Positions 16,967 through 26,902 of a stretch of 32,387 nucleotides of DNA are shown here, in pieces. Location of the stretch: sequence record DRR723986_1791. One strand, written 5' to 3'. Made by a program: the position numbers and the translations under genes. The first letter of the stretch is position 1. Each line of letters starts with the position of its first letter. The notes under the pieces are model-generated. The model did not search any database. It had not been told where the DNA came from and saw only the letters and a list, made by a program, of their open reading frames with translations.

Positions 16967-17436
16967 AACGCGCCTCCCCGGAATTCGAAACTGGCGCGGA
17001 CTGTGCCGGCCGTATCGGCAAATACAGATGCCTGAGCCGGTTCAGCCCCCAGTTCGCGTTCGGCGGCTTCCAGCCATGCAAACAAGGGCTGCACCGACAC
17101 CTGGTCGAACTGAATGATGATCGCGCCGCGTTCGCTCGTTTGGAGCCTGGAAACCGATATGCCTCGCTGCGCGGCCAGTTCGACCAGTCTTGAACGTAGA
17201 TCCTGCCCTTCAACAGCAGACACCCCGGATGCCGTTCCAGCATTGGCAACCGGCCGGGCTGCGGTTACCGCATCAAGTGTTCTGGAGGCTACGGCGAGCG
17301 ATGCCGCCGCACTTTCTTTCGCGGCGTGCAATGGCCGTACGACAAGCAAGTTGGCGAGCAGGACCGCAACAAGCAATCCAGCAAGAACAATCAGCAGGCG
17401 CTCGCGCGCAGAACGTGTGGACCAGTATTCAGTCAT
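16963..17436 (-). CDS. gspM: Type II secretion system protein M
   Basis: YWSTRSARERLLI + TM + VVRPL; LFAWLEAAE; position after gspL. Confidence 0.92.
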   Translation of the reverse strand: MTEYWSTRSARERLLIVLAGLLVAVLLANLLVVRPLHAAKESAAASLAVASRTLDAVTAARPVANAGTASGVSAVEGQDLRSRLVELAAQRGISVSRLQTSERGAIIIQFDQVSVQPLFAWLEAAERELGAEPAQASVFADTAGTVRASFEFRGGAL

Positions 17437-18536
17437 GATGCCAGCTCCAGTATCATGTCGCCAACGACTCGGCCGTCTTCCACACGCGCATCTCCAAGCC
17501 GGACAGACAGACCGCCAGCCTCAATTGCATTCTTGAGTGTCTCGTCATCGCCAAAGGCGCTGTAGACAAGTTTCGCCTGCAATTGTCCTGCATCGGCATC
17601 GTAGCGAAGGCTGGAGAGGCGAACACCTTCCTCATCTGCCAGCGCCGCATAGAGCACACTTGCCATTTTCCTGAACCCCGCAGCAGGCCTTTGGGTGCCG
17701 CTTGAACGCTCACGTACCGCAGAAAGTATGTTCGACGGCACTGGCTCTCCCGGATACAGAGCGGTGAAGCTCGCCCGCGTCTGACGATCCAGCACGGCTT
17801 CCAGCTGGTTCATGGAACGGATGCTGGCAAACGTGTAGACGCCCCACGCCAGGGCGCACGCTGCGGCGAGACCGGCCAGGAGACGGAAACGTTTCAGGTC
17901 GATCGGCAATTCGGCTTTGCGTGCGAAGTCAGCCTGCCTCAGGTCGATGCCTGTATTTCCCGCAGCAAACCGACCCGCGAGTGCGAGCAATGGATCATCA
18001 GCATGCTCTGGCTCTGCCCCAGCGCGCAGCATGAGCACGGAGACGAGCTCCGACGGTAGGGATTTATCAATCGCGAACGGCTTTTCCTCTCCTGCAACGA
18101 GGATACGATCATCAATCTCCAAAGGCGCCGATCCGGCCATGAGCAATGTGACATCGGGCACGAGACGGGCATCTTCCAGTCCCGCCTCTGACAGACGGCG
18201 TATCCAGTCTTCCATGACCAGTCGCGCCACCATGCACACCGTGCCTTTTCCGGTGGAATTCCGGTGTTGGTCGATCGCAACATGCAGCCCCTCGACCGGC
18301 ACGGCGATATCGTCCTCGACCGCAAAACGTGCCGTCCGCAACCAATCTGCCTTCCGAGCGCCCACCAGGCGCACTGTGGCGATTGTGACCTCCGTTGCCG
18401 GCACAATCACCGTCACTTCGTCAGAAGTTTCGGCTGTCTCCTGCGGCGACAACAGGGTCACCGCGCCGGCATTAACGGCCGCAAACCGCCATGGCTGACC
18501 CTCCGCAGGAAGAAGAGCGATGAGATGGCGCGCCAT
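17433..18536 (-). CDS. gspL: Type II secretion system protein L
   Basis: VIVPATEV, FAVEDDIAVPVEGLHVA, LVPD, IDLRQADF + TM; operon position. Confidence 0.92.
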   Translation of the reverse strand: MARHLIALLPAEGQPWRFAAVNAGAVTLLSPQETAETSDEVTVIVPATEVTIATVRLVGARKADWLRTARFAVEDDIAVPVEGLHVAIDQHRNSTGKGTVCMVARLVMEDWIRRLSEAGLEDARLVPDVTLLMAGSAPLEIDDRILVAGEEKPFAIDKSLPSELVSVLMLRAGAEPEHADDPLLALAGRFAAGNTGIDLRQADFARKAELPIDLKRFRLLAGLAAACALAWGVYTFASIRSMNQLEAVLDRQTRASFTALYPGEPVPSNILSAVRERSSGTQRPAAGFRKMASVLYAALADEEGVRLSSLRYDADAGQLQAKLVYSAFGDDETLKNAIEAGGLSVRLGDARVEDGRVVGDMILELAS

Positions 18537-19513
18537 TAGAATTCCCTCCGCACCATTGAGACCAGGGCCACGTTGCCGGTTTCCGACCGCCGGTAAAGTG
18601 CCCGGTAATTTGTGATCAGATCGCCCGTCCCGATGTTGATATCCGCGGACAAGTAGTCCGACGCGAGCGCGAGCGCCATGTCATTTCGGGCGTCCGGTGC
18701 AATCTTCATGACAGCGTCCTGCTGAGTAAAGCCCTCTTTGTTCAACCACCCGCCGGCAGGACGGGAATCGATCAATGCCCGGGCATCGTCGAGGGATAGT
18801 TCTTCGGAATACAGCGCGACAAGAAGCGGCGCTTGCTCAAGGCTCAATGTATTTATGTTGAGTACGGATTGCTCCGGTCCCGAACGCAGGCAAACGAGGT
18901 GTTCAATCCTTGCGACAACATCGGGGTCGTATCCTGCAATGGCTTTGAGCTCGCTGACGCTTCGCAGTTTTGTGTTGGCCGCACGATAGGGTTCGGCCTG
19001 AGATGCGTAGTATCCATCCTCTGCGCCATAGGTACGAGTGGAATAGTCGGCGTCGATCCAGTCCGCCAGTTTCTGGGCCAGGGATTCAGCCTCTGCGTCG
19101 TCAAACTCAGCCGCGACAAGCAGGTCATCATACGCCTGAAGCGATTCATCGCTGACTTCACCGTCACCCGCGCTATTGAAGAGCGCATTCAGATTAAAGC
19201 AATTGGAGGCTTCCCGCGCCTGAACCACGACCACACCATTTCCAGCCGGAAGAGTGATAGGTTGAGCGAACAATTCTGACTCACTGTTCAGCCCCCCCTC
19301 GTTCACCTCCAATGCTTTTGTGAGGTAAGTCGCAGCCGCATCCGCGGCGCCACGAGCCGTCCAGAATGTCTCCGCCCTCGCGGAAGAAGACTTGATGATG
19401 AGGACAGACCGGGCAAGCGCATCAGTCGCGGCAATTGCGGCCACAGACATCAACATGACGATTACGAGGACTGACAGGAGGCTTGCCCCCTTCTCTTTGT
19501 CGGTCTTGCACAT
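18536..19513 (-). CDS. gspK: Type II secretion system minor pseudopilin K
   Basis: KG|ASLLSVL prepilin site lacking Glu5 (normal for GspK); CFNLNAL, LADWIDAD, GAEDGYY, LNINT. Confidence 0.95.
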   Translation of the reverse strand: MCKTDKEKGASLLSVLVIVMLMSVAAIAATDALARSVLIIKSSSARAETFWTARGAADAAATYLTKALEVNEGGLNSESELFAQPITLPAGNGVVVVQAREASNCFNLNALFNSAGDGEVSDESLQAYDDLLVAAEFDDAEAESLAQKLADWIDADYSTRTYGAEDGYYASQAEPYRAANTKLRSVSELKAIAGYDPDVVARIEHLVCLRSGPEQSVLNINTLSLEQAPLLVALYSEELSLDDARALIDSRPAGGWLNKEGFTQQDAVMKIAPDARNDMALALASDYLSADINIGTGDLITNYRALYRRSETGNVALVSMVRREF

Positions 19514-20079
19514 CAGCCACCTCCCCCGATCAGGAAGAGTTCGGTCAACGCATCCGTGTCCGAGTATTCAAGGGTCAACTCAATGGCCGATGGTATTTCC
19601 TTTTCGCCCGCGTTCCATTCAGGCACCCATTCCCGGCCATCGAAATATCGCGCCGTCATGCGAGACAAGCCCGTTGCAAGCACGCGGTCCACATGTGGCG
19701 TATCAGCTGCCGGATCCGGGCGGAGCCAGGCACGCCGCGTCAGCGCACCGTCCCGGAACTGATATTCGACCGCCAACAAAGACGCGCGATTGCTATCCGG
19801 GACCGGATGGCTCCAGCCGTCACGCACAAAGGCAACGAACGGCGAGGACGTATCGTCGGGCTGGCCAGCGCCTCCGTACAGCATACGGATGTTTGCAAAA
19901 TCATCCCGCATCAGCGTGTGGGTCAATTCAATCTCGCTGACGCTTTCTGTCGTTTTCCCGAGCCTGTCAGATGCCCTAATCGTTCCGATCAGCAGAGTGG
20001 ATCCTGCGACGGCAATCATCGAGGTCAGCGCCAGAGCCACCAGCATCTCGATAAGGGTGAAACCCGCCTCGTGCTTCAT
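19513..20079 (-). CDS. gspJ: Type II secretion system minor pseudopilin J
   Basis: AG|FTLIEMLVAL; FVRDGWSHP, VEYQFRDGALTRRAW, PSAIELTL. Confidence 0.93.
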   Translation of the reverse strand: MKHEAGFTLIEMLVALALTSMIAVAGSTLLIGTIRASDRLGKTTESVSEIELTHTLMRDDFANIRMLYGGAGQPDDTSSPFVAFVRDGWSHPVPDSNRASLLAVEYQFRDGALTRRAWLRPDPAADTPHVDRVLATGLSRMTARYFDGREWVPEWNAGEKEIPSAIELTLEYSDTDALTELFLIGGGG

Positions 20080-20438
20080 GGTTTCACCTGCACCAGCGTT
20101 TCCCGCATCGCGAGTTGCTGGCCTGTCACCGCGTCTGAGACAGTCACGCGAATTCCGGCGAGACCGTTTTCGTCGCGGATCTCGATTTCCCGCACCCAGT
20201 CAAATGACTGACCGCGCTGGACGCTCTCTCCGGATGTAGACCCGGCCCGGAGCACGGCCGGGTCAGAAACGGCCTCAACCAATCGGTTGTCCGCTTCAAT
20301 ACGGGCCAGCGACAGACCTCGCGTATGCCCGGCATTGGCAGTTGTTTCCGTAACCAGATGGGCGAGTCCGATGGCAGCGATGGCAAACACAACCAGCGCC
20401 ACAAGAACTTCAGCCAGGGTGAAACCACGATCTGTCAT
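20076..20438 (-). CDS. gspI: Type II secretion system minor pseudopilin I
   Basis: RG|FTLAEVLVALVVFAIAA; ADNRLVE; 120 aa; operon position. Confidence 0.93.
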   Translation of the reverse strand: MTDRGFTLAEVLVALVVFAIAAIGLAHLVTETTANAGHTRGLSLARIEADNRLVEAVSDPAVLRAGSTSGESVQRGQSFDWVREIEIRDENGLAGIRVTVSDAVTGQQLAMRETLVQVKP

Positions 20439-20887
20439 CGGCTCGACTGCCCCGTCAGTTCGAAGTCGCGGGTCCGGACACCTTTGGAAAACCGTACATC
20501 GGGGCCGGACACGATGCCGGAGGCATCCATGACAATCTGGGGAAGTGCTTCATCAGATTTCGCATTGGATTTACCCTGCATACTGATGGTGACGCCTCCG
20601 GCCGCGCGACGGCTCGATGCTTCCACCGGCACCCAGCGGCCATTGATACGCGTGTAAACCGTGTAGGCATTCTCCTCGATGCGAATGCCCTGCGCCTGCC
20701 CCCTGCTGATGGCCTGATCAAGCGTGCGGGTCATCAGCATGTCGAATTGATCAGCTTCAGCATCCAAAGCATCAGGCCGTGACGGCATCACCATCACCAC
20801 CATGGCACTCGCAAGCGCCATGATGAACAGGGCGACCATGATCTCCACGAGGGAAAAGCCGCTATCCCGATGCGTGATACTGTACAA
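20435..20887 (-). CDS. gspH: Type II secretion system minor pseudopilin H
   Basis: SG|FSLVEIMVALFIMAL; between gspG and gspI; TTG start uncertain. Confidence 0.9.
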   Translation of the reverse strand: MYSITHRDSGFSLVEIMVALFIMALASAMVVMVMPSRPDALDAEADQFDMLMTRTLDQAISRGQAQGIRIEENAYTVYTRINGRWVPVEASSRRAAGGVTISMQGKSNAKSDEALPQIVMDASGIVSGPDVRFSKGVRTRDFELTGQSSR

Positions 20888-20895
20888 AAGACTGC

Positions 20896-21342
20896 CTATT
20901 CCCAGTTGCCGATATCGTCTGCCGTGCCCGCCTTGCCGTCCGGTCCGGACGAATAGACGTCATAAGCTCCGCCCGAACGCTGTCCCGGGACATCATATTG
21001 ATATGGGTTCCCCCAAGGATCATCACGCAACCGCTTGACGTATCCACCCGGCCGGTATGTCGCGATGTCCGCACCCGCCGGCGGTGTCTTGAGTGCCGCA
21101 AGCCCGGCCTCCGCATTCGGATAGGAATACATATCGAGGCTGTACATTTCGAGCGCACTTTCGAACGCGGCGATGTCCGCTCGGACCTTGCCGACGCGAG
21201 ACTGTTCGCCCACGGGCGCCACGTTGATGATCACAAGGGTCGCAAGCAGGCCCATGATGAAGATAACCACCATCAGCTCCACCAGGGAAAAGCCCGCATC
21301 CTTGCGGTGGCGAGGTCTGGCGATTTTCCTGATTGGCTTCAT
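20896..21342 (-). CDS. gspG: Type II secretion system major pseudopilin G
   Basis: AG|FSLVELMVVIFIMGLLA; ALEMYSLD..YP...GLAAL; DPWGNPYQY; Ca-binding loop GPDGKAGTADDIGNW; AGGAG RBS. Confidence 0.97.
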   Translation of the reverse strand: MKPIRKIARPRHRKDAGFSLVELMVVIFIMGLLATLVIINVAPVGEQSRVGKVRADIAAFESALEMYSLDMYSYPNAEAGLAALKTPPAGADIATYRPGGYVKRLRDDPWGNPYQYDVPGQRSGGAYDVYSSGPDGKAGTADDIGNWE

Positions 21343-21353
21343 GACTGTGTCTC

Positions 21354-22562
21354 CTATGACATAGCGAGCGTGTTGAGCTGGAGGATCGGTAGCATGATCG
21401 ACATCACGATCAGCCCGACAATCCCCCCCATCAGCACGATAATAAGTGGTTCTGCCAGCGCCAGCAGCGCGGCGGAGCCCGTTTCAAACTCTGTATCGAG
21501 AAAATCTGCGGCCCGGTTCATCATGCCGGAAACATCGCGGCCTGCTTCACCGCTGGTGACCATATGCACCATCATCGGTGGAAAGACCCCCGTGGCAGAC
21601 AAGGCGCTGGACAAGGATCCGCCCTCACGAACTCTTTCCGCAATGAAGTCCGTCGCATCAGCGATGACCGTATTATTGGCGGCGCCCTTTGCTCCTTCAA
21701 GCGCCTCCAGGATTGTTGCACCTGAAGCCGACAAGGTTGCGAAGACCCGCGCGAAGCGAGCAGCGGCAACCGTACGTGTCTGAGAACCAATCAAGGGCAG
21801 TCGGAGAACAAACCTGTCCAGACTGCGCCGCATGGCGGGCTGGCGCAGGAGGCGCGCCCCCAGGAACACGAGCGCAGCAAGAACCAACAGGATGATCAAT
21901 CCATATTCCCGCACACCATTGGATAGGCCGATCACAATTCGCGTCAGGAGCGGCAGCTGAGCGTCGAACAGATCGAACTGTTCCACGAGCCGCGGAACGA
22001 CGACGACCATGAGCGCAATGACCATGCCCATTGCCATGACGGTCAAAAGCGCGGGATAAATCAGCGCGGCGCGGACTTTCTGGCGCAACTGGTAGCTGCG
22101 CTCCAGATAGGTCGCGAGGCGCTCCATGATCTCGCCCAATTGGCCAGACATCTCACCTGCTGCTGTAACAGCACGGACGAGTGGGGGGAACGCATCTGGC
22201 GCCAACGCCATGGCTTCTGACAATCGAGCGCCTTCAACGACATCCGCACGAACCGTGTGGACAGCCTTTTGTACGCTGACAGGATTTTCGTTGCCTGCGC
22301 ATGCACCAAGCGCCTGTTCCACAGCCAGGCCGGACTTGAGCAACACTGACAATTGCCGGACAAGAAGCACGCGCTGCTTGTCGCTGAGCCGGCTACGCCG
22401 AACCACCGCTCTGGACTGCTTTTCCGCGACGGGGTCCACGTTCAAGACCATCAGGTCGCGCAGACGCAGTTCCTTGCGGGCTGACCGCGCGCTGTCTGCG
22501 GAGATTATGCCTGAGCGGCGTTTGCCGTCGGCATCAAGCGCAACATATTCGAAGGCGGCCAT
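21354..22562 (-). CDS. gspF: Type II secretion system inner-membrane platform protein F
   Basis: MAAFEYVALDADGK, RQLSVLLKSGL, AGEMSGQL, ALIYP, EPLIIVLMGGIVGLIVMSIMLPI. Confidence 0.97.
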   Translation of the reverse strand: MAAFEYVALDADGKRRSGIISADSARSARKELRLRDLMVLNVDPVAEKQSRAVVRRSRLSDKQRVLLVRQLSVLLKSGLAVEQALGACAGNENPVSVQKAVHTVRADVVEGARLSEAMALAPDAFPPLVRAVTAAGEMSGQLGEIMERLATYLERSYQLRQKVRAALIYPALLTVMAMGMVIALMVVVVPRLVEQFDLFDAQLPLLTRIVIGLSNGVREYGLIILLVLAALVFLGARLLRQPAMRRSLDRFVLRLPLIGSQTRTVAAARFARVFATLSASGATILEALEGAKGAANNTVIADATDFIAERVREGGSLSSALSATGVFPPMMVHMVTSGEAGRDVSGMMNRAADFLDTEFETGSAALLALAEPLIIVLMGGIVGLIVMSIMLPILQLNTLAMS

Positions 22563-24049
22563 TACTGACCTCCTTTGCGGCAGGCGCGCAGAACTTCCGC
22601 AACACTGGTCTCCCCCGAGATCACATATCGGCGCGCATTGTCCAGCAGACGGTCATGGTCCGCGAATGCCGCCTGATCGATTGCATCTTCAGACGCACCA
22701 TCCCCCAGCATGTTGCGGATATTACGGTCCGCCACGAGCAGCTCATAAACGCCCAGACGCCCTGTAAAGCCGGTCTGGCCGCAGGAGATACAGCCTTGCG
22801 GGTCGTAGACCGTCAGCTCAGCATCGCCAGAAAGGCCAAGCGCCTCACGCTCGGCGTGGGTCGCTTTTCGCGCAGTCTTGCAAACCGGACAGAGTTTCCG
22901 GACAAGACGCTGCGCCATGATTGCGCGCAGCGTTGAAGATAGAAGATAATCTTCCACGCCCATATCCCGAAGGCGCGTAATCGCACCGGAAGCCGAGTTG
23001 GTATGCAACGTTGAGAGCGCCAGCCGGCCGGTTGAAGCGAATTCGAAAGCCACTTCGGCTGTTTCCGAGTCCCGGATCTCACCGACCATGACGACATTGG
23101 GATCCTGACGCAGGATCGACCGCAAGGTGGCCGCAAAGTTAAGGCCGACCTTATGATCCATCTGCGTCTGGCTGATGCCCGGCAGGCCGTATTCGACCGG
23201 ATCTTCCAGCGTCATAATATTGTCGCGCCCCGTATTCAGGCGCGAAAGTGCGGAATAGAGCGTCGTGGTTTTGCCGGACCCGACAGGCCCTGTAACCAGG
23301 ATAACACCATTCGGCTGACTGAGAGCTTCAGTGAAACGCTGATAAGTTTCCTCGTCCATGCCGAGGTCTCTGAGATTCAGCAGGGCATTTTTTGTATCGA
23401 GCAGTCGAAGAACGACACGCTCGCCATAACGCGTGGGCAGTGTAGCGACACGCACATCAATGGACTTGCCGCCCGCGGACAATGAAATCCGGCCATCCTG
23501 AGGCAGGCGCTTCTCCGCAATGTCCAGCCGCGACATGACCTTTATCCGGGACACAATCGGCGCAGCAAGCTTCCGCGGAGGAGTCAGCACTTCAACCAGG
23601 TCGCCGTCGATACGATAGCGAATGGACAATGTGTCTTCGAACGGATCGATATGAATATCGGACGCACGCTGCTTCATCGCCTCATGGATGAGGCCGTTGA
23701 TCAACCGGATGACGGGCGCATCGTCCTGACCGTCAAGCAAGTCAGCCGCTTTGGGCAAATCGTCGATCAGGCTCTCCAGACCGCCACGCGCATCCACTGC
23801 AGCATTGACGCTATCCCCGGCCAACGCGTCTGCAGCAAACACGTCTGCCAGCGTGCGCTCATAAGCATCCCGGTCCAGCGGCTCCAGTTCGAAACTCGAG
23901 CCAAGCGCTCGCCGGGCCTCAAGCACCGTCAGAGGGTCCGCCCCTGCCCGCATGCCGAGCGTCAGCACGTCCCGCCCGGGCAAGACAACAACCCCTTTGT
24001 CCTTCGCAAAGGCATAGGTAAATTGCTGGATGGCGGGCGCGGGCGTCAT
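22562..24049 (-). CDS. gspE: Type II secretion system ATPase E
   Basis: ASDIHIDP, LDIAEKRLPQDGR, Walker A GPVGSGKT, TLEDPVEY, LRQDPNVVMVGEIRD, STLHTN, Zn motif CPVC...CISC. Confidence 0.98.
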   Translation of the reverse strand: MTPAPAIQQFTYAFAKDKGVVVLPGRDVLTLGMRAGADPLTVLEARRALGSSFELEPLDRDAYERTLADVFAADALAGDSVNAAVDARGGLESLIDDLPKAADLLDGQDDAPVIRLINGLIHEAMKQRASDIHIDPFEDTLSIRYRIDGDLVEVLTPPRKLAAPIVSRIKVMSRLDIAEKRLPQDGRISLSAGGKSIDVRVATLPTRYGERVVLRLLDTKNALLNLRDLGMDEETYQRFTEALSQPNGVILVTGPVGSGKTTTLYSALSRLNTGRDNIMTLEDPVEYGLPGISQTQMDHKVGLNFAATLRSILRQDPNVVMVGEIRDSETAEVAFEFASTGRLALSTLHTNSASGAITRLRDMGVEDYLLSSTLRAIMAQRLVRKLCPVCKTARKATHAEREALGLSGDAELTVYDPQGCISCGQTGFTGRLGVYELLVADRNIRNMLGDGASEDAIDQAAFADHDRLLDNARRYVISGETSVAEVLRACRKGGQ

Positions 24050-25998
24050 TGCGGTGGCGGGCTCCCGAGTACCTGGTTGACGAACCGGTCCAGGGACTCA
24101 CCGCTGTCACCGTCTCCGGTCCACAATTCCTGCGCGCGCAGATAGCGATAGGAACGCGACGTCGCTGCGCGTGCATCATCACGATTTCGCACGATCGTCG
24201 GCCGGATGAACACCATCAGATTGGTCCGGCCCATTCCCTTGCCTTCTGACCGGAAGAGACGGCCCGCGACCGGGATGTCGCCCAGAACCGGAACTTTTTC
24301 ATTCGTGACGCTCTCAGTTTGCTCAACCAGACCACCCAGCACGATGATCTCGCCATTGTCAGCAATAACACTCGTGCTGATCTTCCGTGTATTGAAGATG
24401 AGGTCGGTGCTTGAGCCCGTCGTGATTGCCTGCGCGATATTGGACACTTCCTGCGTGATATCGAGACGGATTGTATCGTCGTTCGAAATCCGAGGCGTAA
24501 CATCAAGCCCAACACCAACGTCCCGGCGCTCAACCGTCCGGAACGGATTGGAATTCGAGTCGCCAAGCACTTCGCCTGTCGCGACCGGAACTTCCTGACC
24601 GACGAGGAGTGACGAAGTTCCGTTGTCGAGCGTCATATTGAAGGGCTTGGAAAGGATGCGGGACTGGGTATCATTCTCCACGGCCGTCAGGATGGCGCCA
24701 AACAGGGTATCACCATCCTGCCCACCAACACCGACGCTAAGGCCTGACAGTCCAAGCAATGAATTCACTGCCGCTTCTGTAAAGGGATTGGTATCGGCCG
24801 ATCCCGTACTGAACGGCGTATTCGAACTGAGTGCGCCGGCAAGCGCCAGCATGCTCGGCGCAGACCGGGAATAATTGGTGGAAACGAATGGCACCGTCGA
24901 GTCATTTGTACCCGACACGAGGAACTGCAAACCGAGCTCTCTTGCCGTATCGTCTGACATCTCGACAATGATTGCTTCGACCAGAACCTGTGAACGGCGC
25001 CGGTCAAGATCGTTTACAATGCGCTCAAGTGCCCCAAGGGTTTCCGGAGGGGCGCTGATGACGAGGGAATTGGTCGGCTCATGATGCGCAATTGTCGTCG
25101 ACGCATCCGGCTCGCCACCAGCAGCGCGGCGCGCATCCATGGCGCCCGCCATCTGCTGGAGCACCGGAACGAGATCCACAGCATTTGCATTGTTCAGCGG
25201 AATAACCCTGAGCGTGTCTTCCGTCCGGTCATGAGAGTCGAGCTCCCGGCTGACTTCGACTGCGCGCCGCACCAGCGCGTCATCACCCTTCAGGACAATG
25301 GCATTGCCCGTATCGGAAGCAACCGCCTGGAAGTTCACCCCGTAGGAGTTCTCACCCGGAGGCACTGTGAGATTGGTCAAAATCAATGCCATTTCACGAG
25401 CGGGAATATTCTTCAAGCTGATCGTCTGGGTTACCGACGGATCGGAATCGATCTGCTTAAGCATGGCGCGCAAACGCGGCAGGTTTGATGCATAATCAAC
25501 GACGACCAACGTATTGGACGCATTGTTGGCGACAACCTGCCCCTGCTCCGCAATCAGCGGCTTGATCACTGCCGCGACATCCCGGGCGGAAGAATGCTTG
25601 AGCGCGAAGATTTCCGTGATGAATGTGTTGGAACCGCTTGCTGACGTGCTTGCGTCAGAAACGGCCTGACGTTCAGGCACGATGCGGTAGGTAGACCTTC
25701 CGGCGGGGATGGCCGTGAACCCATGCACCCGCAGCGCGGATAGAAAGACGTCAAACACCTGGTTCCGGGTCAAAGGTGTCGACGAAGAGACTGTCACGCG
25801 TTTGGTCCGCGCGTCAGGATGCACGATGAAGGTGTAGCCAGTGACGGTCGACACATCCGCAACGAGCGCAGACAACTCAACATCATCAAAGTTCATGATG
25901 TGACGCGAAGGCTCAGGACCGCTTTCGCCAGCCAGGGCAAACGCACTTGGCGCTGTCGAAGCGAGCAGCGCCGCGGAGAGAACGGATTTGAGTTTCAT
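24046..25998 (-). CDS. gspD: Type II secretion system secretin D
   Basis: Signal peptide, N0 (MNFDDVEL...TFIVHP), repeated N domains, LDRRRSQVLVEAIIVE, VGQEVP, KVPVLGDIPVAGRLFRS, NLMVFIRPTIV. Confidence 0.98.
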   Translation of the reverse strand: MKLKSVLSAALLASTAPSAFALAGESGPEPSRHIMNFDDVELSALVADVSTVTGYTFIVHPDARTKRVTVSSSTPLTRNQVFDVFLSALRVHGFTAIPAGRSTYRIVPERQAVSDASTSASGSNTFITEIFALKHSSARDVAAVIKPLIAEQGQVVANNASNTLVVVDYASNLPRLRAMLKQIDSDPSVTQTISLKNIPAREMALILTNLTVPPGENSYGVNFQAVASDTGNAIVLKGDDALVRRAVEVSRELDSHDRTEDTLRVIPLNNANAVDLVPVLQQMAGAMDARRAAGGEPDASTTIAHHEPTNSLVISAPPETLGALERIVNDLDRRRSQVLVEAIIVEMSDDTARELGLQFLVSGTNDSTVPFVSTNYSRSAPSMLALAGALSSNTPFSTGSADTNPFTEAAVNSLLGLSGLSVGVGGQDGDTLFGAILTAVENDTQSRILSKPFNMTLDNGTSSLLVGQEVPVATGEVLGDSNSNPFRTVERRDVGVGLDVTPRISNDDTIRLDITQEVSNIAQAITTGSSTDLIFNTRKISTSVIADNGEIIVLGGLVEQTESVTNEKVPVLGDIPVAGRLFRSEGKGMGRTNLMVFIRPTIVRNRDDARAATSRSYRYLRAQELWTGDGDSGESLDRFVNQVLGSPPPQ

Positions 25999-26001
25999 AA
26001 G

Positions 26002-26898
26002 CTACGGGTTCTCCGGCAGCGTGAATATCTGGTCGACCTGACGGCCATCGCGATCGATCCTGAGGCGGACTTTTCTGGATGAGGAAAGCTTCATCGCAAG
26101 CTCGCCGGGGGCAGTGGCACCGATAGACACCCCGTCCACCGACAGCACGATATCGCCCGGCTTCAAACCGGAACGCTCCAGCAGCGCGGCATCGCCCCGG
26201 CTGCTGATTTCATATCCGACGAAATCCGATCCGCGATGAACCGGATTGATTACGAGATTGGCGAGGAAATCCGTGGCCGTAGTGCTGATCAGGTCATCGC
26301 CGGCCGCCTGACTGCCACCCGAGGTCTTCGGTTTAATATCGCCGGGAGAAGACAGGACAGACAACCTGTCTGCACCGCTGGACATAAGCAGCGCTTCGAT
26401 CTGGCCATCCTTACGCAATGTCACGCGATCTCCATAAACGCGATCCAGCACCACTCCATCGAGAATGGTTTCACCAGGCGCAAAAATGTTCAGCCGGTTG
26501 TTCGGCATGACGATCATCGCAACACCCGTGCCATTTGCAGAAGCGCGAACCCCTTTGAGAACGAGATTGAGCTTCGTTTCAGGGGCTTCCTGAATTACAG
26601 CAGCTGTCTCGGCGGCGCGGGAAAATGGATTGGAGGTCACGAGGAGTGTCATGTCTCCGGTAAGGTTCGTGGCAACCTCTTCTGCTGCAATCTGCTGAAA
26701 CGACAGAGGTTGTTGCCCCAAAATGGAGCCGCCAGGTTCAATCAGCAGCCATCCTATCTTTGTTGCGATGACAGCCAGTCCGGCAACCATGGCGACCTCG
26801 GTAACCATGATTGCAGGCCCGGCAAAACGGACGAGCCCGCGGCGGATATTCTCCACCGCGGACCCCCCACTGAGTATTCCGGATCTTGATCCAGTCAA
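26002..26898 (-). CDS. gspC: Type II secretion system protein C (TM, HR domain, PDZ domain)
   Basis: APETKLNLVLKGV, LDRVYGDRVTL HR domain; GLKPGDIVLSVDG PDZ. Start TTG 26898 or GTG 26856. Confidence 0.92.
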   Translation of the reverse strand: MTGSRSGILSGGSAVENIRRGLVRFAGPAIMVTEVAMVAGLAVIATKIGWLLIEPGGSILGQQPLSFQQIAAEEVATNLTGDMTLLVTSNPFSRAAETAAVIQEAPETKLNLVLKGVRASANGTGVAMIVMPNNRLNIFAPGETILDGVVLDRVYGDRVTLRKDGQIEALLMSSGADRLSVLSSPGDIKPKTSGGSQAAGDDLISTTATDFLANLVINPVHRGSDFVGYEISSRGDAALLERSGLKPGDIVLSVDGVSIGATAPGELAMKLSSSRKVRLRIDRDGRQVDQIFTLPENP

Positions 26899-26902
26899 AT
26901 GA

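Noticed and set aside
18536-19513. Missing Glu5 in a pseudopilin
   Set aside because: Normal feature of GspK.
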